From the NCBI RefSeq assembly GCF_000143415.4, contig NW_003314288.1:882642-946641 (forward strand): DNA of 64,000 nucleotides, in the 5' to 3' direction. This stretch comes from Selaginella moellendorffii (taxonomy: Eukaryota; Plantae; Lycopodiophyta). The position numbers and the translations under genes were made by a program. This document shows, piece after piece, positions 45,270-57,466 of the stretch (positions are counted from its first letter, which is position 1; each line of letters starts with the position of its first letter). Under the pieces are notes generated by a model that worked only from the letters and a program-made list of their open reading frames with translations, was not told where the DNA came from and searched no databases.

Positions 45270-48200
45270 TGTAAGCGACTAATTTTTCCATTCTACTTTA
45301 GTCACTTAACCACACCTTCAACCGCTTGGAGGAGTCTCATTCACAACCTCCTTAAGTCCAATTCAGGACTTGGGGCTTGCTAGCCCAAGAATGGCATCCA
45401 TGCCACTCATCGCTTGCACTTAGTCCAAGTGCTCCACGTGTCCGGTCCCAAGACCGACACCCAAAGGCACCACTAACATATCGGCCCGTTATGCTAAGGC
45501 CATGCCCATTCACCTTTGCCGCACTAGTGGTCCAATACCACTTGTATCACAATCCCGTCTCTCCAAGACTGGGCCATTTGTCCACGAGTGGTCAACCCAG
45601 ATCCACTCTTTAGCATCCTTAGGATGCCCACAGATATGGGAAATAACCTTCCCCAATATCCCTTTGTCAGTTCCTACCAAGTCCCTTTTCTGTCCATGGC
45701 CATGTTCGCCAACACTGCCACTCGATCAACGCCCACAGGCCCGACCACTAAGTCCCATGGTCCTATGGGACTTCCTCACCACACAACTGTGTCCTTGGTC
45801 ACTACCCCAGAGGACTGCTCCTCTTCCTTTCCACAGTCTGGGCCTTTGGGACAACATTTCGGAACACCGTGGCCTTACGCGAGCCACCTGGGTACTCTCC
45901 CCGCCTTTCGCCTTTAGGTGCTCTAGCCATGGGCTTAGAGCGAAGTTCCGTTGAGCCACACCTAGTATCCAAGTAGGTGCCACCCACACTTGGACTGGGA
46001 GCATCGGCCAGTCGATCTCCCGGGGGAACTAGAGCCGGCTCTTGAACACTTCACCAAGCCACCCCGCTTGTCGGTCCGTATTCACTCTAGTCTTGGACTT
46101 CCCAGTGGTCAGTTCATCACCCAACACTGGGTCTGGCCTTCCTGGGCCAAACTGGCCTTTCCTGGCCAAACTGGCCTTTCTTGGCCAAACTGGCTCCACT
46201 GCAGTCCTCCCCCTTACTATACTTTTGGAGCTCACCAAACCCCCCAGGGTTTGGGAGACGAACGCTTTGGGATTTCACCCTCTCAGACTCGAACTCGGAC
46301 TCGGACTCGGACTTGGACTCGGGCTCAGGCTCGGGCTCGGTCTCAGCCTTAGCCTCAGTCTCGTTCCTGGTCCCGGTCCCGGTCCCGGTCTCGGTCTCGG
46401 TCTCGGTCTTGGTCTCGGTCTCGGTCCCGGTCCCGGTCTCGGTCTCGACCTCGGACTCCATCTCGGGTCCTTCTCGGATTCCATCTCAGACTCCATCTCG
46501 GACTCTGTCTCGGTCCATCTCGGACTCCATCTCGGACTCCATCTCGGGTCCATCTCGGACTCCATCTCGGGTCCATCTCGGACTCCGTCTCGGTCCACCT
46601 CGGACTCCACTTCGGGTCCATCTCGGACTCCATCTCGGACTCCATTTTGGGTCCATCTCGGACTCCACTTCGGACTCCAGCTCGGACTCCATCTCGGTCC
46701 ATCTCGGACTCCATCTCGGACTCCATCTCGGTCCATCTCGGACTCCATCTCGGACTCCATCTCGGACTCCGTCTTGGTCCATCTCGGACCCCATCTCGGA
46801 CACTTCCACGTGTCATGTGTTGGTCCTTTTGGGTCCCTTTTTGGAGCCTCGCTTTTTGCTCGCTTTGTGCTTGTTCCTCAAGCACTTTGTTGGGAGTTCC
46901 ACTCCCGCTCTCGACCTTCCAAGTCGGAGCTTTTAGTCCAAACGGGTCACGCTCGTTTGGCTTTCGCTTCAGCCACTACCACGTGGCACCCTTTCCAGCT
47001 CCACTTTGGGGCCTAGGGATTTTGTGTCTCACAACTCCACCACCCATAGACGAAGTTCGATGTCCTCATCGAACGGTAAACCCTTTTATAAAGTAACACC
47101 CATAAGTATTACCATTCCCATCCTTGGCACCTGGCCAATATTTGTCTATGGTTTGACCCCGAAGGCTCACCATGCCTTGTCCATCCTCTAAGGAGGATAG
47201 TCTCTCCAACTTAGAGACTGATTGGACCACTTGTGGTGGTTCTTTCCGTTTATTGGTTTAGTTCTCGCTAAACCCGTTAGAGACACCTCTCTAACTCAAT
47301 TCCACTACTCATTCTTGAGTAGTCACAAATTCCATTGATCTACCTTTGCACTTTGGAACATTTACTTTTGACTTCTTGAAGTCAATTTCCTAGGTGTCTC
47401 CGACACCTTGCCTTGCACCTTTTGTGCAACTCCACTTCCCCTCCTAGGAAGTTCTCTACTCGAGGGCACCCTCATCCTCTTTTCTATTTTTGTGCCCCCA
47501 TTGGCATTATGTTCCATTTATCATTATTTGTGCTAGGGCTGTCCACGGCCCTATCTTTTGGCTACTTAGTTGCTCCCTCACTTGGAGCCTTTCCTTTGCC
47601 AAATTGGAGCACTTGGGAATCCATCCTTGGAAGTCCACTTCTTTTTCCGCAATCCGTTAGCATCAACCACATTAGTGTTCCTTGGCTAACTTTGCCACTT
47701 GGATTCTTTCCAATGGATTCCACGGCCCTATCTTGGGCACTCGTCTTTTGCTCCTATCCTTGGATTGTTGCACCAAGCAACATAGGATCATTACCTCCCT
47801 CCTTGAGGTATTCTTTTGGTTCCATAGCAAAGGATCTGCTTTGCCTAGACTAGGGTGTTCACCCCTAGTAAGTCTCCCCAATTGTTCTAGGCTCTCTTCC
47901 TAGCCCAACCTTGTGACCCACCCATGGGCCTGTCTCTGGAGACTATTTTCTTGAACTCATAATACCATTGTATTGTAGTAGTTCATTTCCCTTAGGTGTC
48001 CTTCCCACTTAGTCACCTTGACCAAGCCACACCTTTATCAATAGTTCAAATCAACACTTTGAACTAGGAATCATATTCCTTAACCCAAACAAAGACCTTG
48101 TCCTTGTTTAGCCATAAGATCACCTAGTAATCTCATTTTGACCCCTTAATAGGTCTACCAATAGGAATTAGGTCTTCCAGACCTTACTAAGTTGTTGACT

Positions 48201-51200
48201 AAGTTGTGGGGGCATCCCCCACACTTGGCGGTGCGCCCAAGCTAGCCCTTCCGGCCAAGGATCCATAGCAACTGAGACTGGGTGTCCCTATCTCATTCAC
48301 CACGTCCTTGGTGCTTTTTGCACCAAAGTGTTCAAGTTAGATATGCCGAGCTTTCACTCTAAGCAATCTAACCGTGCATCACGACTTCGGGGCATCCCCC
48401 GCTTGGCGGTGTGCCCAAACCAATCTCCTCATTGAGAGTCCATGACCACTGAAATATGAGTGTCCTCATATTCCAAACCATCACCACGCCCTAGCGATTT
48501 GGGACTCGAACCCAAGCACTAGAGGGTCGGGACTTGAACCCAACCTCCGTATATGCATCTACGGACGGCATCACCCAGGATGCCTGGCGTGACTCCCCAC
48601 GCCGATGCACCAATTTATACTCAAAGCGCGCTACAGATCACAGCTTAGGAACCTAGTTCCTCCACACTGCCAAGTCCTCTCACTTGACAAGTCTGTGATC
48701 ATGCATGGACTCCTCCATGCTTGGCCCCATGGCCCACCCCTTTTGAAGTTATCACCTTCAACTAGGGTATTTGTTCCCCTGACTTGACAATCTCGCTTTG
48801 GCAAGCCCTCCGACCACTGTAACATGGTTCCTGCACAAGCGTGAAAGCCCTTGATCATCGACTTTCATTCAAAGCCCTCTCTTTGAACACTCGGGAACTA
48901 CTTCCCTAACCTTGATAGCCTTGCCTCATGGCAAGCTTCAAGACCACGCTTCTGCTGCGCCACTCTAATTTTGCGCGTTCCTTGAACCATTTACGCTTGG
49001 CCTTTCTAGGTACTAAGCTACCTAGAATCATCTTTGGGAACCTTGAAGGAACTCTGTCCTTTAGCTTGCTAAGGCCTCCCTTTTTGCAAGCTTGCCAATT
49101 ACCATATAGTCTAACATGGACATTTCCATATTTTAGACTCTCCATGGCATCACGGTTGCTAGCGGCAACACCCTCGAGCCCCCACTTGATTCTCCACTCC
49201 CAGCTGGCATAACCAACCTTGGTTATGCCTTTCGATTCCTATGGTTTGGTTCTACCCCCATACTTCTTGCTTTTGGCTTCACACCTTTCCTTCGGTCATT
49301 CTCCTCCAGACCAGGAGGATAGCTTTGCACTTTCTATCATGCCTTAGCAAGTATTCTTAGGGATGAACCTACCCGATAGCCTAGGGAGTGGTTCCTCAAT
49401 CTAGGTATGCTCACCCTATAATCCCACACCCCGAGATTATGTTGTTGCTTAAGGGCCTTTACATGCCCATTGCTAGTTTTGCCAAAATTCCATTTTTGGC
49501 TTTGTCCAATTCGAGTAGACAGTCTTCTCCTGTCTCCGCCACCTTGGACATTTGGGATAGCACCTTCTATCCATCATTCGCCAGGGACTTAGTCCCTTGG
49601 GCCTTATCTATTGCCCTCGCGACATCAAACACCACCTCCTGGTGTTCTAGAGTGTTCGGGTGTCCTAATGACGGCTTCCTTGACAATGAGTATTTCCTTT
49701 CATGACATTGACTTACTATATCGCAACATAAGCAACTTATCCCCCGTAAGGGTATATCCAACTTCCTTATGCCATTAAGAAGGCTTGGGTAGCTACCTTC
49801 TACCCGTTTAACCAATTATTTTGCACCTCTTACTTAGTTGCCTCATAGTTGTCAAGTCCTACAACTCATTACTGGTGCTTCCACACCTCCATCATTATCT
49901 GGGTCACCACACTCCAACTGCATGCTCTGCAACTTAGGTTATGCCATTCCCATTTCCATTGGGATTCCTTTGGCAAGGGGTTCTCATGAACCCACCAACA
50001 TAGCCTCAAGGTATCACATCTTGGCACATTTGGTGTCTCCACACCATCGGCTCTACGAGCCTACCTCTATGACACTTTTTTTTTGTGTCTAAGTCTTTGC
50101 CAAGACCAATACCACTCTTTCTCATGCCAACCATCCGTTAGCACTGCACCATAGAGGTCACACACAACTTTGTTTCAAAGTTGTTTTCTTTTGGGAACAC
50201 CCTTCCCACGACTTTAGCATGGCACCTTTTGCCATCGATGAGATACCCTTTATTCTTATCCTTGGATCCTATGATCCCCCCCATCCTTCGTGGGGTACCA
50301 CTCAGTCCAAATGCTTCCATCAATCCTTTAGGATTATTCCTTGACTCTATTGGAGTCATCCAGCTTTTTGGACTTTGTCATCCGACGACCCATGAGGTCC
50401 TACCTTTGAGGTGCCAGCTCACTGGAATACAACTTCTTGTATTCAGGTCCTACTCACAAGGACCATCTTTGCAAGTGTTACTCCGACACTTGATTTGTTC
50501 TCTTGGGGCAACCTTTGGCCTCTTAGGACCACTTGTCCATGTGATGAGAATACCAACTCATCCTCTAAGTACATTCCCAACTCCTTGGGTTGTTCCAGCA
50601 TTTATCAAGGGGAACCTCAGCTACCATTTCGAGGACTTGTGTCCTCTCCTATACTTGACCTCCCATGGTCATCAATTCCGGTCTCAAAGTTATGAGCACC
50701 GGCCTCAACTATATGAGGGTAATCTTGTGACTCCTTTATTATTTTGGAGTCTACATCTTTCCCGTGATCCCAATTATAGTTGTTTACCACAACTACGTTA
50801 GCCCGTTTGCTGCGTCAAACACTCATCTGGATCACATCCTCAGCTCTCTGAGGAAACCTTATACTATTCCCAAGATCCCAAAGTCGTTCTATTATTGGCC
50901 CTTTTCTATCCACCACATCGTGCCCAAGTTCACGTATGAAATTGAGTGGAGAGCCATGTCCTCTCGACGTGCTACTCCTCAAGGATAGGCCCCCTCCTAG
51001 GACCTTCCAATGCCAACATCAATGGTGATATACTTGAGCACAATTAAAAGTCGGACTAAGGAACAGCTCTGATACCAAGTTGTAAGCGACTAATTTTTCC
51101 ATTCTACTTTAGTCACTTAACCACACCTTCAACCGCTTGGAGGAGTCTCATTCACAACCTCCTTAAGTCCAATTCAGGACTTGGGGCTTGCTAGCCCAAG

Positions 51201-52330
51201 AATGGCATCCATGCCACTCATCGCTTGCACTTAGTCCAAGTGCTCCACGTGTCCGGTCCCAAGACCGACACCCAAAGGCACCACTAACATATCAGCCCGT
51301 TATGCTAAGGCCATGCCCATTCACCTTTGCTGCACTAGTGGTCCAATACCACTTGCATCACAATCCCATCTCTCCAAGACTGGGCCATCCGTCCACGAGT
51401 GGTCAACCCAGATCCACTCTTTAGCATCCTTAGGATGCCCACAGATATGGGGAATAGCCTTCCCCAATATCCCTTTGTCAGTTCCTACCAAGTCCCTTTT
51501 CTGTACATGGCCATGTTCGCCAACACTACCACTCGATCAAGGCCCACAGGCCCGACCACTAAGTCCCATGGTCCTCTGGGACTTCCTCACCACACAACTA
51601 TGCCCTTGGTCACTACCCCAGAGGACTGCTCCTCTTCCTTTCCACAGTCTGGGCCTTTGGGACAACATTTCCGAACACCGTGGCCTTACGCGAGCCACCT
51701 GGGTACTCTCCCCGCCTTTCGCCTTTAGGTGCTCTAGCCATGGGCTTAGAGCGAGGTTCCATTGAGCCACGCCTGGTATCCAAGTAAGTAGTGCCACCCA
51801 CACTTGGACTGGGAGCATCGGCCAATCGATCTCCCGGGGGAACTAGAGTCGGCTCTTGAACACTTCACCAAACCACCCCGCTTGTCAGTCCGTATTCACT
51901 CTAGTCTTGGACTTCCCAGTGGTCAGTTCATCACCCAACACTGGGTCTGGCCTTCCTAGGCCAAACTGGCCTTTCCTGGCCAAACTGGCTCCACTGCAGT
52001 CCTCCCCCTTACTATACTTTTGGAGCTCACCAAACCCCCCAGGGTCTGGGAGACGAACGCTTTGGGCTTTCACCCTCTCAGACTCGAACTCGGACTCGGA
52101 CTCGGACTCGGACTCGGGCTCGGGCTCGGTCTCAGCCTTGGCCTCAGTCTCGGTCCTGGTCCCGGTCCCGGTCTCGGTCTTGGTCTCGGTCTCGGTCTCG
52201 GTCTCGGTCCCGGTCCCGGTCTCGGTCTCGACCTCGGACTCCATCTCGGGTCCTTCTCGGACTCCATCTTGGACTCCATCTTGGACTCCGTCTCGGTCCA
52301 TCTCGGACTCTATCTCGGACTCCATCTCGG
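45270..52330 (-). mobile_element. Non-autonomous LTR element copy B (5' LTR truncated)
   Basis: 3' LTR 45270-47033, internal region 47034-51080, PBS as reverse complement gctctgatacca near 51066-51077, 5' LTR 51081-~52330 broken within its minisatellite. Confidence 0.92.
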
Positions 52331-52332
52331 GC

Positions 52333-55300
52333 TCCAAAAAGCTGGATGACTCCAATAGAGTCAAGGAATAATCCTAAAGGATTGATGGAAGCATTTGGAT
52401 TGAGTGGTACCCCACGAAGGATGGGGGGGATCATAGGATCCAAGGATAAGAATAAAGGGTATCTCATCGATGGCAAAAGGTGCCATGCTAAAGTCGTGGG
52501 AAGGGTGTTCCCAAAAGAAAACAACTTTGAAACAAAGTTGTGTGTGACCTCTATGGTGCAGTGCTAATGGATGGTTGGCATGAGAAAGAGTGGTATTGGT
52601 CTTGGCAAAGACTTAGACACAAAAAAAAAAGTGTCATAGAGGTAGGCTCGTGGAGCCGATGGTGTAGAGACACCAAATGTGCCAAGGTGTGATACTTTGA
52701 GGCTATGTTGGTGGGTTCATGAGAACCCCCTGCCAAAGGAATCCCAATGGAAATGGGAATGGCATAACCTAAGTTGCAAAGTATGCAGTTGGAGTGTGGT
52801 GACCCAGATAATGATGGAGGTGTGGAAGCACCAACAATGAGTTGTAGGACTTGACAACTATGAGGCAACTAAGCAAGAGGTGCAAAATAGTTGGTTAAAC
52901 GGGTAGAAGGTAGCTACCCAAGCCTTCTTAATGGCATAAGGAAGTTGGATATACCCTTACGGGGGATAAGTTGCTTATGTTGCGATATAGTAAGTCAATG
53001 TCATGAAAGGAAATACTCATTGTCAAGGAAGCCGTCATTAGGACACCCGAACACTCTAGAACACCAGGAGGTGGTGTTTGATGTCGCGAGGGCAATAGAT
53101 AAGGCCCAAGGGACTAAGTCCCTGGCGAATGATGGATAGAAGGTGCTATCCCAAATGTCCAAGGTGGCGGAGACAGGAGAAGACTGTCTACTCGAATTGG
53201 ACAAAGCCAAAAATGGAATTTTGGCAAAACTAGCGATGGGCATGTAAAGGCCCTTAAGCAACAACATAATCTCGGTGTGTGGGATTATAGGGTGAGCATA
53301 CCTGGATTGAGGAACCACTCCCTAGGCTATCGGGTAGGTTCATCCCTAAGAATACTTGCTAAGGCATAATAGAAAGTGCAAAGCTATCCTCCTAGTCGAG
53401 AGGAGAATGACCGAAGGAAAGGTGTGAAGCCAAAAGCAAGAAGTATGGGGGTAGAACCAAACCATAGGAATCGAAGGGCATAACCAAGGGTAGTTATGCC
53501 AGCTGGGAGTGGAGAATCAAGTGGGGGCTCGAGAGTGTTGCCGCTAGCAACCGTGATGCCATGGAGAGTCTAAAATATGGAAATGTCCATGTTAGACTAT
53601 ATGGTAATTGGAAAGCTTGCAAAAAGGGAGGCCTTAGCAAGCTAAGGGACAGAGTTCCTTCAAGGTTCCCAAAGATGATTCTAGGTAGCTTAGTACCTAG
53701 AAAGGCCAAGCGTAAATAGTTCAATGTACGCGCGAAATCAGAGTGGCGCAGCAGAAGCGTGGCTTGAAGCTTGCCATGAGGCAAGGCTATCAAGGTTATG
53801 GAAGTAGTTCCCGAGTGTTCAAAGAGAGGGCTTTGAACGAAAGTCGATGATCAAGGGCTTTCACGCTTGTGCAGGAACCATGTTACAGTGGTCGGAGGAC
53901 TTGCCAAAGCGAGATTGGCAAGTCAGGGGAACAAATACCCTAGTTGAAGGTGATAACTTCAAAAAGGGTGGGCTATGGGGCCAAGCATGGAGGAGTCCAT
54001 GCATGATCACAGACTTGTCAAGTGAGAGGACTTGGCAATGTGGAGGAACTAGGTTCCTAAGCTGTGATCTATAGCGCGCTTTGAGTATAAGTTGGTGCAC
54101 CGGCGTGGGGAGTCACGCCAGGCATCCTGGGTGATGCCGTCCGTAGATGCATATACGGAGGTTGGGTTCGAGTCCCGACCCTCTAGTGCTTGGGTTCGAG
54201 TCCCAAATCACTAAGGCGTGGTGATGGTTTGGAATATGAGGACACTCATATTTCGGTGGTCATGGACTCTCAGTGAGGAGACTGGTTTGGGCACACCGCT
54301 AAGCGAGGGATGCCTCGGAGTCGTGATGCACGGTTAGATTGCTTAGAGTGAAAGCTCGGCATATCTAACTTGAACACTTTGGTGCAAAAGGCATCAAGGA
54401 CGTGGTGAATGAGATGGGGACACCCAGTCTCAGTTGCTATGGATCCTTGGCCGGAAGGGCTAGCTTGGGCGCACCGCCAAGTGTGGGGGATGCCCCCGGG
54501 GTCATAGTCAACAACTTAGTAAGGTCTGGAAGACCTAGTCCCTATTGGTAGACCTATTAAGGGGTCAAGACGAGATCACTAGGTGATCTTGTGGCTAAAC
54601 AAGGACAAGGTCTTTGTTTGGGTTAAAGGATATGATTCCTAGTTCAAAGTGTTGATTTGAACTACTGATAATGGTGTGGCTTGGTCAAGGTGACCAAGTG
54701 GGAAGAGCACCTATGGGAAATGAGCTATGTCACGGCTATGGCATAGTAAGTCCGAGGAAAGTGGCCTTTATGAAAGATCCAAGGGAGGGTCTCAAAAGTT
54801 GGGCCATAGATAAAGCCCACAGCAGGAAATGCTAAAGTGACATACTAGGGGTGAGCACCCTTTGGACTTGGCAAAGTAAAGTCTTTGCTATGGAATCAAG
54901 AGAATACCTCAAGGAGGGAGGTAATGATCCTATGTTGCTTGGTGCAACAATCCAAGGATAGGAGCAAAAGACGAGTGCCCAAGATAGGGCCGTGGAATCC
55001 ATTGGAAAGAATCCAAGTGGCAAAGTTAACCAAGGAACACTAATGTGTTTGATGCTAATGGATTGCGGAAAAAGAAGTGGACTTCCAAGGATGGATTCCC
55101 AAGTGCTCCAGTTTGGCAAAGGAAAGGCTCCAAGTGAGGGAGCAACTAAGTAGCCAAAAGATAGGGCCGTGGACAGCCCTAGCACAAATAATGATAAATG
55201 GAACGTAATGCCAATGGTGGCACAAAAATAGAAAAGAGAATGAGGGTGCCCTCGAGTAGAGAACTTCCTAGGAGGGGAAGTGGGGTTGCACAAAATGTGC

Positions 55301-57466
55301 AAGGCAAGGTGTCGGAGACACCTAGGAAATTGACTCCAAAAAGTCAAAAATAAACGTTCCAAAGTGCAAAGGTAGATCAATGGAATTTGTGACTACTCAA
55401 AAATGAGTAGTGGAATTGAGTTAGAGAGGGTGCCTCTAACGGGTTTAGCGAGAGCTGAACCAATAAAAAGGAGCAACCCACCCCAGGTGGTCAAGTGAGT
55501 CTCTAAGTTGGAGAGACTATCCTCCTTAGAGGATGGGCAAGGCATGGTGAGCCTTCAATGTCAAACTATTGACAAATATTGGCTAGGTGCCAAGGATGGA
55601 AATGGTAACACATGCGAGTGTTACTTTATAAAATGGTTTACCGTTCGATGAAGACATCGAACTTCGTCTATGGGTGGTGGAGTTGTGAGACACAAAATCC
55701 CTAGGCCCCAAAGTGGAGCCGGAAAGGGTGCCACGTGGTAGTGGCCGAAGCGAAAGCCCAAACGAGCGTAACACGTTTGGACTAAAAGCTCTAACTTAGA
55801 AGGTCGAGAACGGGAGTGGAACTCCCAACAAAGTGCTCAAGGAGCGAGCACGAAGCGAGCAATAAGCAAGGCTCCAAAAAGGGACCCAAAAAGAACCAAC
55901 ACATGACACGTGGAAGTGTCCGAGATGGAGTCTGAGACGGACCCTAGTTGGAGTCCGAGATGGACTCGAAGTGGAGTCCGATATGGAGTCCGAAGTGGAG
56001 TCCGAGGTGGACCGAGACGGAGTCCGAGATGGAGTCCGAGGTGGACCGAGACGGAGTCCGAGATAGACCCGAGATGGAGTCCGAGATGGAGTCCGAGATG
56101 GACCCGAGATGGAGTCCGAGATGGAGTCCGAGGTGGACCGAGACGGAGTCCGAGATGGACCCGAGATGGAGTCCGAGATGGACCGAGACGGAGTCTGAGA
56201 TGGAGTCCGAGATGGAGTCCGAGATGGACCGAGATGGAGTCCGAGAAGGACCCGAGATGGAGTCCGAGGTCGAGACCGAGACCGGGACCAAGACCGAGAC
56301 CGAGACTGGGACCAAGACCGAGACCGAGACTGAGACCGGGACCGAGACCGAGACCCGGACCGGGACCGAGACCGAGACCGAGGCCAAGGCTGAGAATGAG
56401 CCCAAGCCCGAGTCTGAGTCCGAGTCCGAGTCCGATTCCGAGTCCGAGTCCGAGTCCGAGTTCGAGTCTGAGAGGGTGAAAGCCCAAAGCGTTCGTCTCC
56501 TAGACCCTGGGGGGTTTGGTGAGCTCCAAAAGTATAGTAAGGGGGAGGACTGCAGTGGAGCCAGTTTGGCCAGGAAAGGTCAGTTTGGCCCAGGAAGGCC
56601 AGACCCAGTGTTGGGTGATGAACTGACCACTGGGAAGTCCAAGACTAGAGTGAATATGGACCGACAAGCGGGGTGGCTTGGTGAAGTGTTCAAGAGCCGG
56701 CTCTAGTTCCCCCGGGAGATCGACTGGCCGATGCTCCCAGTCCAAGTGTGGGTGGCACTACCTACTTGGATACCAGGCGTGGCTCAACGGAACCTCGCTC
56801 TAAGCCCATGGCTAGAGCACCTAAAGGCGAAAGGCGGGGAGAGTACCCAGGTGGCTCGCGTAAGGCCACGGTGTTCGGAAATGTTGTCCCAAAGGCCTAG
56901 ACTGTGGAAAGGAAGAGGAGCAGTCCTCTGGGGTAGTGACCAAGGACACAGTCGTGTGGTGAGGATGTCCCAGAGGACCATGGACTTAGGGGTCGGGCCT
57001 GTGGGCCTCGATCCAGTGGCAGTGTTGGTAAACACGGCCAAGGGCAGAAAGGGACTTGGTAGGAACTGACAAGGGGACTTTGGGGAAGGCAATTCCCCAG
57101 GTCTGTGGGCATCCTAAGGATGCTAAGGAGTGGATCTAGGATGACCACTTGTGGACAGATGGCCCAGTCTTGGAGAGACGGGATTGTGATGCAAGTGGTA
57201 TTGGACCACTAGTGCAGCAAAGGTGAATGGGCATGGCCTTAGCGTAACGGGCCGAGATGCCAGTGGTACCTTTGGGTGTTGGTCTTGGAACCGGACACGT
57301 GGAGCACTTGGACCAGGTGCAAGTGTTGAGTGGCATGGATGCCATTCTTGGGGCTAGCAAGTCCCAAGTCCTGAATTGGACTAATGGAGGTTGTGAATGA
57401 GACTCCTCCAAGTGGTCGGAGGTGTGGTTAAGTGACTAAGTAGAATGGAAAATTTAGTCGTTTACA
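52333..57466 (+). mobile_element. Non-autonomous LTR element copy C (5'-truncated)
   Basis: Internal region starts at the position equivalent to ~16448 of copy A. PPT, then a complete 3' LTR at 55684-57466 (tgtgagacac...tttaca). Confidence 0.92.

Noticed and set aside
45430-45475. ccggtcccaag resembling the twister ribozyme P4 loop
   Set aside because: It forms a plain cggtc/gaccg hairpin, lacks the upstream UAAC and downstream GAGGG elements, and is antisense to the element.
46042-47016. Ser-Asp, LGLG and RS/SP-repeat ORFs resembling adhesins or SR proteins
   Set aside because: They are translations of a stop-poor minisatellite inside LTRs, open in nearly all frames.
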